This document shows positions 63,019 through 64,000 of a stretch of 64,000 nt of DNA, piece by piece. Source of the DNA: a virus (lineage: Duplodnaviria; Caudoviricetes); the IMG/VR virus record IMGVR_UViG_3300020050_009955, positions 35,356 to 99,355 of that record, one strand, 5' to 3'. The translations under genes and the position numbers were made by a program. Position 1 is the stretch's first letter. Every line of letters starts with the position of its first letter. Under the pieces are notes generated by a model, which was given only the letters and a program-made list of their open reading frames with translations, ran no database searches and was not told the origin of the DNA.

Positions 63019-63365
63019 GATAGTATTTTTTGACTTTCAGTGAACAATGCATAGATATGTGGATCATCACCAGACTTGACAGGGTTTAGATAATTATTTA
63101 TAGAATCTACAAGTCCTCTAGGATAACTTATAGTTCCAAACTTAAGTATCATTATTACACTTGTCTTACCAATAAACAGTTCGATATCTTTATCACTATG
63201 AGTGAAATCTATTTCCCCTTTCAACTTATGAATAAATTCGCCCCAATCAGTAGGGTATTCTGAATCAACTTCAACTAAATTTATTAGTTTGTGGTATTCA
63301 ACAGCTGTTTTGACATGGATAGTCACCACTAGGTTTTGTGATAATATCCGATAACTAATTTCCAT
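63015..63365 (-). CDS. Hypothetical protein
   Basis: ORF track; ATGA overlap. Confidence 0.55.
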   Translation of the reverse strand: MEISYRILSQNLVVTIHVKTAVEYHKLINLVEVDSEYPTDWGEFIHKLKGEIDFTHSDKDIELFIGKTSVIMILKFGTISYPRGLVDSINNYLNPVKSGDDPHIYALFTESQKILS

Positions 63366-64000
63366 TTGTAATTATTTTAAAAGGTTGATTAATAATTTAA
63401 AAATTTAATCCCTCGCAAATTAAACCGTACTACCGCTAACATTGGTTTGGTCTTACGTGGCTGAAAATACTTTACGCATAAGCCACGCAATACCAAGCCT
63501 TTTTCCATTAGCGGTAAGTTTAGTGAAACCTACGATAGTCAGAATGTTGCTTATCCATTTCTTCGGACTGTTCTATGGCATCTCAACCTAAACCAACAGA
63601 ACAAGTGATGAGATTCTCTTTGGTGAAGATGAAAATGAACCTGTTACTAAGGAGCCTTTTAAAAGTTAATAATGAACTCCCGAAAACTGAGTAGGGAGTT
63701 ATTTCTTAACAGACTGTTGTAAAACAGACATTAAAATTATAATAATTATTAACGTCAAAAAATTGCAAGGGGTTACAAGATAATGTAGTTAAAGCTTGTT
63801 ATACCCCAAAGAAAAAGGAAAGAGCGGAACAGAGCAGAGTAACGATACTAACTTAGTTAGACTCGTCTAGCCAGTACTCGAAAAACAGAGACTGTTAAAC
63901 TGGCAATAAATAGATAAAGATAGTCCATTGTGACCTAGGGTATGTCATTAAAAGACCCTTTTTTATATAATAGAAATATTACAAGGGTTCAGATTAGCAC
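63366..64000. other. Long non-coding region with several hairpins (possible early leader / regulatory region)
   Basis: No ORF of 60 aa or more. Inverted repeats at 63431-63516, 63671-63704 and 63769-63807. Confidence 0.5.

Noticed and set aside
1-64000. Stop-codon reassignment (TAG or TGA), known in some crAss-like phages
   Set aside because: The 6320-aa and 1345-aa ORFs are uninterrupted in the standard code, and TAG and TGA end genes at tight junctions (for example 27684, 32048, 35330, 57028).
1-64000. CRISPR array, tRNA or rRNA genes
   Set aside because: I saw no regularly spaced repeats and no cloverleaf with a T-loop/CCA by eye. tRNAscan-SE would be needed to exclude atypical tRNAs.

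Overview
AT-rich fragment of a crAss-like (Crassvirales-type) podophage genome, probably infecting a Bacteroidota host, read in the standard genetic code. The plus strand (1-27684) carries virion/ejected-protein genes. These include a 6320-aa virion RNA polymerase polyprotein (DFDVD motif) that also holds SF1-helicase, zincin, L,D-transpeptidase and macro-like domains, then a decayed GIY-YIG homing endonuclease, a ferritin-like gene and a 1345-aa protein. After a convergent terminator at about 27700 everything is on the minus strand. First comes a replication module: exonuclease, endonuclease I-like, UDG, primase, SSB-like, an AAA ATPase split by a group I intron, DnaB with an HNH intein, an SF2 helicase and PolA. 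Next is a gamma-glutamyl/amidoligase plus cell-wall-enzyme cluster, then a run of small early-type genes separated by structured-RNA-like spacers. The most notable observations are (1) a canonical -1 frameshift cassette that would fuse a multi-pass membrane protein to a poly-zinc-finger domain, (2) the L,D-transpeptidase inside the virion RNAP polyprotein, (3) the amidoligase/GATase/GGCT/ATP-grasp/peptidoglycan module, (4) a repeated CGAA-ATA motif upstream of replication genes, (5) several unassigned structured RNAs, and (6) a primase ending in an SSB-like DDIPF tail. All family calls come from reading motifs by eye; no searches were run.
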